From positions 1-29,759 of the forward strand of contig NW_021835669.1 in assembly GCF_006345805.1 (NCBI RefSeq): a DNA stretch of 29,759 bases, given 5' to 3'. A program made the translations under genes and the position numbers. The notes under the pieces are model-generated. The model made no database searches and had not been told where the DNA came from. It saw nothing but the letters and a program-made list of their open reading frames with translations. Shown here in pieces: positions 11,371 to 21,789 of the stretch (positions are counted from its first letter, which is position 1; each line of letters opens with the position of its first letter). Origin of the DNA: Octopus sinensis. Its lineage: Eukaryota.

Positions 11371-11679
11371 TGGAGGCGCAATGGCTCAGTGGTTAGGGCA
11401 GCGGACTCGCGGTCGTAGGGTGGTGGTTTCGATTCCCAGACCGGGCGTTGTGAGTGTTTATTGAGCGAAAACACCTAAAAGCTCCACGGGGCTCCGGCAG
11501 GTGGGGTGGTGATGATCCCTGCTGTACTCTTTCGCCACAACTTTTTCTCACTTTCCTCTGTTGGCTTGCTCGCTTAGCAGGCGGGATGACGTCATTTAAA
11601 GGGTAAAACAGTGCAAAGCGCATTATGACCAGCGATATGTAGCAACATCTGATGGCCTGGTCGGTCATGTGATCACGTA
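11371..11679 (+). mobile_element. SINE type C, full length, tail variant T2
   Basis: A-box tggctcagtggt, B-box-like ggtttcgattccc, body tgagcgaaaacacctaaaagctccac, and a tail ending ggtcggtcatgtgatcacgt. Confidence 0.88.
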
Positions 11680-11733
<54 letters not shown>

Positions 11734-11894
11734 TATATACATATATATATATACACCATACATATATGTATATGTATGTATATATAGTGTACATATACAC
11801 ACATATAAATATATATATATATATACTCACAGCTTAACTAGTCTTGTACTAATGGTGTCGAAGCTGTTGTAATGTGTGTATTTATACACACACA

Positions 11895-11929
<35 letters not shown>

Positions 11930-11930
11930 A
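11680..11930. repeat. (AT)n/(AC)n/(GT)n microsatellites
   Basis: Direct reading. Confidence 0.9.
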
Positions 11931-11976
11931 ATGAGTGGGTGAATGTTCGTGTAATTGAATGTACCAGCAATTGCCT

Positions 11977-12235
11977 GAATTTTGGACTTTTAGTACAGTA
12001 TACAATTAAGAGCTAACATATCTAATACATGAAATATTACAAAGCTAACTAGAAATAAGAATGCGGTAGGGAAAAATCAATATTTGTCAATTACTAACAT
12101 TATTTTCCTGGGTTCGGCAAACATGGGCGACAACTCCGGATATTTAGTTTAACTATAATCACTTTTCTTTGATCTCTATGTTCGTATTTATCTCTCCCAC
12201 GCTCTGAGATCTATCTATCTATCTATCTATCTATG

Positions 12236-12274
<39 letters not shown>

Positions 12275-12364
12275 CTATCTGTCTGTCTGTCTATCTATGG
12301 AGCACATCTCCCTCGATATGCATATATATATGTGTGTATATATATATTATATATATATATATAT

Positions 12365-12395
<31 letters not shown>

Positions 12396-12855
12396 CATAT
12401 ATAATAGCATACACAGATTTATATGTATGTACATATAATATATGCATATATAGATATATTGTATAGCATACACAGATTTATATGTATGTACATATATATA
12501 TATATGTATGTACATATAATATATTATATTATATATATTATATAATATATATATATATATATATATAATATATTATATATATATAAGTAATGTACACATA
12601 CATACATAGGAAAGTGGACACATAGACTTTGAGATCAAAGAACTTAGGAAATATCACAGTAGCTAAACTGGTCATAATAAGACCAAAAATATCCGGAATT
12701 TTCTCTTGTATTTGCCGAAAACAGGAAAATAATATTAGTATGTGACTAATATTGATTTTCTACAGCATATTTATTTCAAGTTAGCTTTTTCATGTTCCTT
12801 GCAATAAATATGTGGACACTAACTTAATTATATACTCGACTGACAACGAAAATTC
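11977..12855. repeat. Diverged long inverted repeat enclosing a microsatellite island
   Basis: 12016-12145 against the reverse complement of 12687-12813 gives about 102/130 matches by hand. Weaker similarity extends outward to 11977/12855 and inward (gagatcaaagaa). Confidence 0.8.
12205..12605. repeat. (CTAT)n/(CT)n/(AT)n island with a 34-nt direct repeat (12404 and 12463)
   Basis: Direct reading; atagcatacacagatttatatgtatgtacatata occurs twice. Confidence 0.9.
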
Positions 12856-13009
12856 GAATAACTTCTAAGTTAAAATAAAATCTGTAATGTAGAATTCGAC
12901 AGCTCCCGTGTACTTATCTTAGTATTCATTTGATCTAGAGATAGTTGGTGTTTATTGTTTATATACATTGTCCTTGAATCGACTGTCAGAAGGATGTGTT
13001 TCCCCAAAC

Positions 13010-13315
13010 CAAAACAGAATCTCCTTCGCCATTAAATTTGGTAGGTCCCAACTTTAATGCTTAACGCCTCTGTTAATATCATCAACAGTGTATTTGCTAA
13101 GTTTCTTCTATTACGACGTAGAAATCTCCAAAATGTAACATCTGATATTGCCTGTTGTTCAACATAGTAAAAATGGACAGTAACAATAGTAAAGATCGGT
13201 AGAGTGTGTCCATATATATAACGCCTCTATGGTCATATACTTTCACCATGAGATATTTGAAGAGCTAATAAGAAGTTTTGCTGTACGTGCCATTAAAGCA
13301 ATCATGAAGAATTGT
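13010..13315 (-). pseudogene. RTE-type LINE ORF2 C-terminal remnant (fragment 2)
   Basis: With frameshifts it reads TILHDCFNGTYSK/LLISSSNISW*KYMTIEALY...HFYYVEQQAISDVTFWRFLRRNRR/KYTVDDINRGVKH*SWDLPNLMAKE, matching the recalled post-RT region of RTE-type LINEs. Confidence 0.62.
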
Positions 13316-13339
13316 TTTTGATACGATGTGGATGTTTCC

Positions 13340-13640
13340 AAGATCCGAAATGAGTTGGGGTTCAACGGGATAACAATTGCCAGCGAAGCCTAACCTGCGT
13401 TGAGTAAAAATAATAGAAACTGTTGAAATGCGGCCATAAATCTCCCGTTTGGTCTTCTGCTCACTTCATGAGATGTTTTGAGGCCTCACAAAAAGCTTGT
13501 TATACAAACCTTCAAGATGATCATAGAGCTTTTTTTTTTTGCATAGTCCAGGTTTTAATCCCATACAGAAGAATACTTTCTATGCATGTTCTGAAAAAAA
13601 AAACCCAGCCTTGTACACTTTGAAATACTTAAAATGTGAT
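13340..13640 (-). pseudogene. RTE-type LINE ORF2 remnant (fragment 1)
   Basis: Reads SISKCTRLGF/FRTCIESILLYGIKTWTMQKK/KLYDHLEGLYNKLFVRPQNIS*SEQKTKREIYGRISTVSIIFTQRRLGFAGNCYPVEPQLISDL. The ESILLYG.ETWT and RRL.FAGHC motifs are typical of RTE-type ORF2. Confidence 0.8.
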
Positions 13641-14480
13641 GAAGAATAATACTGAAAAAAAAAAGGTGTCATTGGAGCATATTTCAGAAAAAAATAATCA
13701 GTCACATATATTTTCAGAAATGATAATATACATAAAAATAAATTAAGAAAAAAAGTTACGAGTAATAAGTTGAACAAATGACCTTTTGCATTTCTCTAAG
13801 AATCACCAGAAACACACAAATACATAAATTATACAACATCTGTATATGGGGCAGAAGTTTTACTCTTTTAAAGTTAAAACCTTCAAACTCTATTCAACAT
13901 CAACTGACCTAATTAATATTTTAATTGAAATGACAGCTGTTGATTATTCCACTGCTTTGAATGCCTGTCCTCGGTATTCCTCTGTCAAAATAGAAAACGT
14001 CTTTGGATTAATTGAATTGATTCTTTCTACAGATTGTCAGCATTCCAATAGTATTTAATTCGGAGGGAATAGTAGGGCAACTTTATTTGGTTATTCCTAT
14101 TCCTATTCATATACGAAACTGTCTGAATATTGTGTAACAGTCCTTATCATAAACACACACGTATAAACTGAGTTGGATACGGATTTTTATATAATGGCTT
14201 AAGCAAATTGTCCTTTATCTGTCAGTCTCATGTATCCTCTTATTTGATACGGTGAAGCGATATCTCAGTTTTCCTTATGAATGTCTTATGCAGTCACAAC
14301 TAGCTTGAGAACTATATACGAAAGGCTTGCTTTTATCTCTAAATCAGTTACGAATTAGCTATGATCAGTCCTTTAAAAACGATTTTAGCTTATCTCAACA
14401 AATGCATAATTAAATTTCACTTATTTAATGAGCTGTTGACGAGGTAAACGAGAAAGAAAAAATATATATCAAAGAAAACG

Positions 14481-14553
14481 TTTACTCTTTTATTTGTTTC
14501 AGTATAGCCGCAGTCAAATGACTGAAACAAGTAAAAGAGTAAAGAGTAAAGAA
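14481..14553. mobile_element. Two SINE B tails fused in inverted orientation
   Basis: 14481-14503 pairs with 14521-14543 (22/23) around a 17-nt spacer; both arms are the SINE B 3' terminus. Confidence 0.8.
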
Positions 14554-14807
14554 TATGTATCAAAGACAACTTCGCAGATATGTATCAATATTTACATGAC
14601 ATCATCAATTAAGTACAGTTTCCGGCGTAGTCACCGAAGTACGAAATGAAAATGATACTAATCACCATCAAATATTGTTTCTTTTCCCTCATTGCATAAT
14701 AACTTCTAATTACTTTTTTGAAAGTTTCTTATGACAAATATATACCAATATTAGATCTTAATTTATTTGAAGATGGTGTATTTAGATCTTTTGTTTTTCA
14801 GTGAAAT

Positions 14808-15020
14808 CGAGGGTGTGCTGAAGACACTCCTGGCTTTGGGTAAAAGAAAATACACAGGGGAATTAATTATGATTTTATTCAACATATTCCCCTCTCGGAT
14901 TCACATATTAACTGCAGTGGTCCTTCAGTTTTTTGTAGCTCAGTAACAGAACTCGGAAGGTTGGGACTCTAACTAGGCCTTTCGTGACACCCTTAAAACC
15001 AGGAACTCTTCAACAACATA
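14808..15020 (-). mobile_element. Mariner-derived MITE, second copy
   Basis: Reverse-complement homologue of 4303-4518 (cgagggtgtgctgaagacactcctggctttgggtaaaag...cccttaaaaccaggaactcttca). Confidence 0.78.
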
Positions 15021-15166
15021 AATATTGATGAATTTACTCATTCATTTACTAATTCATCAATATAAATACTGATGAATTTACTAATTCATTGCCGGATTAT
15101 TCTTATTGCAACAATGTGTAGATTACACATCGATTATTCTCGTATAGGATTTGCCACAGACATATA

Positions 15167-15427
15167 TAAAATAAATAAATGCACCCTTTTAAAGCCTAGC
15201 CAGGCTCATGGGCCCGGTTTCCCGGTTTCAATGGCGTATGTGTTCTACAGCTGAACGGGACGCTAGTCCATCGCAACGTTACTCATTTTTTCCAGCTGAG
15301 TGGACTGGAGCAACGTGAAATGAAGTGTTTAGCTGAAGAACACAACGCGTCGCCGGTCCAGGAATCAAAACCACAATCTTACGATCATGATGCCGACACC
15401 CTAACCACTAAGCCACGCGCTTTCCCA
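15167..15427 (-). mobile_element. SINE type D, full length
   Basis: Matches 3714-3972 over the full length. Confidence 0.92.
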
Positions 15428-15467
15428 CAATACATCATATATATATATAATATATATATATATATAC

Positions 15468-15558
<91 letters not shown>

Positions 15559-15592
15559 TAATATATATATATATATATCTTATATATATGTA
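15428..15592. repeat. (TA)n microsatellite
   Basis: Direct reading. Confidence 0.95.
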
Positions 15593-15987
15593 ACATTAAT
15601 ATCGGTATCAGTTATATTCTGGGGCATGCTTTATAAATGTTAGCACCCCCATGAGAAGCTATTCACAGACCGAAGAATAGAATGATATAATGTTAAGCCG
15701 GGTTAATTTGCAGTTGATTCTTCAATACTGTGAAGCCAACTGGCAGAGGTACCGATACATGCTTATAAAGTTGATTATTATCCGTTTTACATTTGTGATG
15801 ATAGAATCAAAATAGTGTTGTCTAACTATCGCTAGTTCACGTTTTCTTGTACTAATAAGTTTACATATTGGCTTAACTGAGAAATAATAGTATTATGATT
15901 CTTTAATGTTATGTAAGGTCTGCGCGGGTTGAGACGTTCTAATGAATCTGCATTACTTGAATATATTAGTAAGACTATCGTCACGTC

Positions 15988-16537
15988 GTTCGTGCCGATT
16001 TATAGTAGCTTACCTTTCGACTTATTTTAGAACATGGTTGAATCCATAAAATAGGATTTGACTGCACCACCATTTAGAGCACAGTTTATGCTATCTTTTC
16101 GTGGAAGAAGGTTTATGTTCCTATAACCTGTGTTAATTCTGTAACCCTTTAAAATGGAAGATAAGAAAGTTCATTTTCGGCACTTGATGCTTTGGGAACC
16201 AGACAAAAATTGCTGCAGCTCGGCTGGGATGTGTTACCCAACTCTCCATATTCACCATATGTTGCTTCTTCAGATTTCCACTTATTCAGGTCTCTGCAGA
16301 ATAGTCTTAATAGTCAAAATTTTCAATTCCTTGGATGATGTAAAAAGATACCTTGATGAATTCTTTGCCATGAAACCACCTCAATTCTGGGAAGAGGGTA
16401 TTTTCAAGTTAAAGGAAAGACGGAGATACATTGTGCAACAAAATGGTTCATATTTGGTTGATTAAAAATGTAATGGCAAGTATTTATTGACCTTTTTCTT
16501 TCCTTTAAAAATCGGCACGAACTTTCCGGACAACCCA

Positions 16538-16538
<1 letters not shown>
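15988..16538 (+). mobile_element. Internally deleted mariner (mellifera-subfamily-like), copy 1
   Basis: Right TIR aaaatcggcacgaactttccggacaacccaa followed by TA, and a partial left TIR gttcgtgccgattt. The N-terminus MEDKKVHFRHLMLWE is joined to the degenerate YSPD.APSD region and the C-terminus ...WEEGIFKLKER...NGSYLVD*. Confidence 0.92.

Positions 16539-16610
<72 letters not shown>
16539..16610. repeat. (TA)n array starting at the mariner TA target site
   Basis: Direct reading. Confidence 0.93.
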
Positions 16611-17329
16611 CAATCTTTCAATCTTCTAGTTTGAACAGATTTTCGGTTTCCTCGGCTTTTTACAAGCATAAATATATTCTGAATTTAATAGCAGTAAAAT
16701 TTGCCAACTCAGCGTATTTCAGAAGGTATTTAATGAATGTAATTAAATCCGTTTCGACAACTGCTGAGGTCTTGATTTTGCAAGAGATTTCTAATAGCTT
16801 TGAAACCAATTTTTTGTCGTTTAGGGCCACGTCTTTTCAGAATGCTTCATCGGGGATTCACATAAGCAATTTAAAATTTGCTTAGATTTATAGAAAAACA
16901 CTCAGAAAGGTTAAGAATTCATTTAAATGTATATCCTTATTGAAGTAAAACTTCAATTACGTTCTATTTTTTTACGACGCTAGGAGACTATCCAGTTTCT
17001 GTTCCCAGACTGTTGAAAAGTAATATTGATTTCATCGTGTGGGCATTTGATATTCATCTGTATTGTAAGTAATTCGCTTCTATATGCACATATGGTAGCT
17101 ATTCTGCAATTGTTATATATTTACATTTACAATACTTGTTCTCAGTTTTTGCCTTTCGTTTCTTTTTTGTATTTCCTTCCTACATTTTGGTAAAATTAAA
17201 TCTCTTTAATTCGTATACTTTGAGCGTCATTGTATGCATTTAAGCATATTCTGCCTATGTATGTACATACCAGACGCGATACACAAATCTATACCCACAT
17301 ACATAAACATATACATGTATATACTTCAC

Positions 17330-17405
17330 ATAAGTATATACATGTATATATATATATGTGTATATATTATATAGTATATATATATATATATATATGATAT
17401 ATATT

Positions 17406-17454
<49 letters not shown>
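17330..17454. repeat. (TA)n-rich microsatellite
   Basis: Direct reading. Confidence 0.93.
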
Positions 17455-17456
<2 letters not shown>

Positions 17457-17946
17457 CAATAATAAATCTCTGAACGAGATGTAAACAGTAACTGCACGAC
17501 AATGTAAGGTATACTAGCCATCTCAATATGGCTAACCACTAAGGGTGGGTGTTACTGTAGCTTGTAGCCCCAGGAGAGCATCGTCTCCAGCTGGCTTTAG
17601 GCACACTTTCTGTGCCCGGGCGGCTAGCTGGTAGAAACGTTAGCACGCCGGGCGAAATGCTTAGCGGTATTTCGTCTGCCGCTACGTTATGAGTTCAAAT
17701 TCCACCGAGGACGACTTTGCCTTTCATCCTTTCGGGGTCGATAAATTAAGTACCAGTTACGCACTGGGGTCGATGTAATCGACCTAATCCGTTTGTCCAC
17801 TCTGTGTTTAGCCCCTTGTGGGTAGTAAAGAAATAGGTATTTGCAAAGGGAGGTCAGCCCTCCATCGTCAACCTAGGTGACACGCACGGACTGCAGTTGT
17901 CCGTGCGTGTCACCTAGGTTGACGAGGGAGGGATGACCTCCCTTTG
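17455..17946. mobile_element. Palindromic/foldback element, copy 2 (left arm plus central hairpin, interrupted by a SINE)
   Basis: 17517-17617 is about 86% identical to 10707-10807. After the SINE it resumes with gcaaagg and forms a hairpin, 17844-17891 / 17899-17946 (46/48, 7-nt loop). Confidence 0.8.
17618..17842 (+). mobile_element. SINE type A, full length, nested in the foldback element
   Basis: gggcggctagctggtagaaacgttagc...gtagtaaagaaataggtattt. Confidence 0.93.
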
Positions 17947-18357
17947 TTGTGTGGTGTGTGTTTTTGCGTGTATATTCTATTATCAAGTTACTGAATTTAG
18001 TTCTTGTACTGCGGTTACACTGGATAATCGTTTTCAGGGAGTTTTCGTCTTTAACACAGGTTTTTGAAATCGGAGGTGTTGGGTCAAATATGCAACCAGG
18101 AACACGGGAACCACGATACATGCACATAGATGCATACACACACTCAAACATACATTTATACATACATACGGTTCTACACACACACGCACACGCACATGCA
18201 CACACACAGACATATATATTTATATAAATAAAGATAAGATCGTTAATTCAAATATCGATCTTATCAAGTGGCCAGCATGGGAATAAAAACCTTCAAAGGT
18301 AATAATTATTTAAAATTATAATTTAGGGTATCTAAGAGATACCTCCACTTTGAACAT

Positions 18358-18555
18358 AATTTGGGCACAGGATCAGTATTATTGGTGGGGTGTGACTGGA
18401 TTAGTCGGTATCATCGAAACCAGTACTTAATTGAAAGTTTATTTTATCGACCCTGGAGGGATAACAGGCAAGGTTGACTTCGGCGGAATTTTAAGCCAGG
18501 ACGTTTAACGTCCTGGCTTAAAATTGTTGGTACTTTAACGATTCTGCCAATTCAC
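18358..18555 (-). mobile_element. Old SINE type A copy carrying an internal perfect palindrome
   Basis: ttttatcgaccctggagggataacaggcaaggttgacttcggcggaattt...taacgattctgcc. Confidence 0.7.
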
Positions 18556-18571
18556 CACTCTGACATAAAAA

Positions 18572-18664
18572 AAAATTGTTAAAAGGAAAAAAATACTCAG
18601 TGTACGCAAGCGAAACAACTTTGAATTAAAATCGCCATCTGCATATCATACCAAATGTAGACAC

Positions 18665-18705
<41 letters not shown>

Positions 18706-18905
18706 CACACACACACATACATACACACACATGTCGGAGTGATATCAATATCGTTTCCGCAGGGACACACAGACCAACAGGCTCATTTCGCCTTTCTTAT
18801 CTTCTAACGGTGTGTATATATTTAGCATCATGCACAAACAGCGATTTTAATTTAACGTTGTTTTAACAGCATACACCAACATTTTTTTGCAATTCAGCAA
18901 GTTTC
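18572..18905. repeat. Diverged inverted repeat around a (CA)n microsatellite (18661-18730)
   Basis: 18600-18635 against the reverse complement of 18841-18876 gives 28/36. The inner extension gives about 20/32, with mostly transitions. Confidence 0.6.
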
Positions 18906-19815
18906 CGAAATATTTTATTAACTCTAAATCGAATGCTTAGCACTGATAAACCTCAAAAAAGGCAAAACAATTCTGTCGTTCTCTTAAGTTGTTGCACAAA
19001 CGAAGTTCATTTCCCTCGGGTATGTATTGTGTTCTTAACACAATTCAGTAAAGAGATTTTATTCCAGATAATCTCCACATCATGCTTTCTAACAGTGTGC
19101 ACATATTTAGTAAGAAAATTATCTTAATGGTACGCGGATAGTAATCGAAGAAAAAAAACAAAACAAATTATTTTAATGGTCTTCGAATGCTTTAGAATCA
19201 AAGCTGATTAATAGGGTTTTAGCACAAGCATGGTTAAAACGATTTAATCAAGGAACAAAATTCACGGTTTAACTCTAGCTCCTTGCATAACTCAATTCAT
19301 AACTCAAACATCTACAAAAGCAAAGTTAAAATTAAAGGAAGAATTTAATACCAAATTGCAGGTGGTACAAGGAATTTGATACCAGAAGCATAATCTCATA
19401 ACATGCTATTTCGGTCACAGCAGAAATGAAAAATATTTAGGGGCAATGTTAGAGACTAAATATGTGGTGTTATCCCTCGAGCAACAAGACTCCACTGCTG
19501 AATTAAGAAAAAAAGAATATCTGCAGTAAATACAAACGCTGGCAATGATAAAGCTGTGAAAGTCTATAAAATTCCTGATCTGACCAACAAAAGCAATCAG
19601 AAAATTGTATCTGGTATCATTATCAACGGCATATACGAAAACCTGAGGACTTTATATTCTGTCAAATGAAAATGATAACAGGATGACAACAAAATACTTG
19701 GTTTGACAACAGAAATTCAACAGCTCAGTATACGTAAATAAATAAATAAATAAATAAATATAAGAGTATATATGATATATGTATGTGTATACCGCTGTAT
19801 GTATGTATATATATA

Positions 19816-20210
19816 TACTCTTTTACTCTTTTTACTCTTTTCAGTCATTTGACTGCGGCCATGCTGGAGCACCGCCTTTAGTCGAACAAATCGACCCCGG
19901 GACTTATTCTTTGTAAGCCCAGTACTTATTCTATCGGTCTCTTTTGCTGAACCACTAAGTGACGAGGACGTAAACACACCAGCATCGGTTGTCAAGCAAT
20001 GTTGGAGGGACAAACACAAACACACAAACATATACACACATACATATATACGACAGGCTTCTTTCAGTTTCCATCTACTAAATCCACTCACAAGGCTTTG
20101 GTCAGCCCGAGGCTATAGCGGAAGACACTTGCCCAAGATGCCACGCAATGGGACTGAACCCAGAACCATGTGGTTGGTTAGCGAGCTACTACCACACAGC
20201 CACTCCTGCG
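19816..20210 (-). mobile_element. SINE type B, full length
   Basis: Same head, CORE-like segment, internal microsatellite and tail as 5187-5585. Confidence 0.93.
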
Positions 20211-20216
20211 CTTATG

Positions 20217-20264
<48 letters not shown>

Positions 20265-20684
20265 CGAAGTTTGGTATGATATGGTTAATAATTTTCTTGA
20301 CTTTTGTGTCTCTAGTTTTGTTATCATTTGAACTTTCCACTTCGAAGCATTTCAGCCAATTCCTTCTGAGAACCTCGTGGCTGCTTCAAAGGATCACAAT
20401 CAACAAGGTCAGACAGAAATCTCTTTTTGTGAACTTACACTTATATATCATTTATTATTATTATATTATTATTTTTTTTTTTTGCTACTTTCATTCATCG
20501 AATTGCAGCCAAGCTGATACACCAAGCTGAAGGAGTTTGTCGAACCAATTCTACCCCAGTATTTAATGTACAACGTCTCGAAATTATTCTTTCGATAACA
20601 ACCAACGCCCGTCGACTCGTGGCACAAACACACACACACACACACACACACTCACACACACACACTCACATGCACACATAAACA

Positions 20685-20914
20685 TTTTTTTTTATTGCCC
20701 ACAAGGGGCTAAACATAGAGGGGACAAACAAGGACAGACAAAGGGATTAAGTCGATTACATCGACCCCATGCGAAACTGGTATTTTATTTATCGACCCTG
20801 AAAGGATGAAAGGCAAAGTCGACCTCGGCGGAATTTGAACTCAGAACGTAACGACAGACAAAATACTGCTAAGCATTTCGCCCGGCGCGCTAACGTGTCT
20901 GCCAGCTCGCCGCC
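20685..20914 (-). mobile_element. SINE type A, full length, A-tailed variant
   Basis: Sense end is gccccttgtgggcaataaaaaaaaa rather than ...gggtagtaaagaaataggtattt. Confidence 0.92.
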
Positions 20915-20944
20915 TTCACACATATAAATATAATGGGACACCAC

Positions 20945-21070
20945 ACAGGTTCTCTCCACCAGATTCACTCATAATACATTAGTCGGCTCGGATCTTTAGT
21001 AGGATACACTTACCCAAGGTGCTGTGCAATGGAACTCGAAATTATTTGGTTGCGAAGCGAGCTTGTTAAC
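20945..21070 (-). mobile_element. Degenerate SINE B-like head
   Basis: ccaccagattcactcata...gtcggctcgg...acacttacccaaggtgctgtgcaatggaactcgaa resembles the reverse complement of the B head. Confidence 0.55.
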
Positions 21071-21789
21071 CCTTTCATCTCGACACACAAAAAACAATCC
21101 CCAACCTTTCTTGAGATTTATAGTCGTCGAGTATTGTACTAGAATATATTCTACAGTTCCCTATTTAGAGGGCATCTCGTATTAACATCTATGGGAATTA
21201 CACTTAAAAACTTCCACTCCAAGACTCCAAAACTGCACAAATATTTCCAGGTATTCTATTCGATATTCCAACTAAATTGCCTATTTGCCGTCAGTCTAGG
21301 AATCTATCTATACACTAAGACCTAGAATAATGAAGTTATTGAAATTTTTCCAATGTTTACGTGTTTGAAATAAACGTTACTTTATGCTTGATAGATTTAA
21401 ATTAATGCAGAAACGGTAACAAAAAATTTTCCTGCAACACATTAGTAGTCTCTGCTACCGTTTTTTGTGTTTATTGTTGTTGCTATTACTATTGATGGAT
21501 GATTTTAGCGGAGGTGGTTGCTTGAATATTATAATATTTATATTGTAGCTTTTTTTGTTTGTACTCACTGTTACTGCTGTTGTTGTTTCTGATGTTAATA
21601 TGCTTTTACTGTAAGCTCTTTTTGTTTAGTATGGTTGTGTGATTAGCACTACCTGTTACAGCTACAAAAGCGACACTATTTGAGAAGGGACAGTGTGGGA
21701 GGTTTGTCGATCGACCTGGAGCTAATAATCCTGACGATAATGATGACGATAGGGACCTGTGGATAACGTGGTGGAGTAGAAGGGGAGGA

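Noticed and set aside
11371-11445. tRNA genes at SINE heads (also near 4150-4228, 5510-5585, 23450-23523)
   Set aside because: A/B boxes are present but the cloverleaf stems pair poorly, and each head continues into a SINE body.
16620-17110. 84-aa plus-strand ORF and a protein-like minus frame (KDVALNDKKLVSKLLEISCKIK...)
   Set aside because: The minus frame has about 7 stops in about 150 codons and no motif I recognise; it cannot be told from chance without a search.
18870-19019. 150-nt open, phase-symmetric candidate exon with AG/GT ends
   Set aside because: The peptide is unrecognisable and the acceptor lies within an inverted-repeat arm; there is no supporting neighbouring exon.
19300-19680. 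A-rich stretch resembling a decayed LINE ORF
   Set aside because: Only vague similarity; no diagnostic endonuclease or RT motif.
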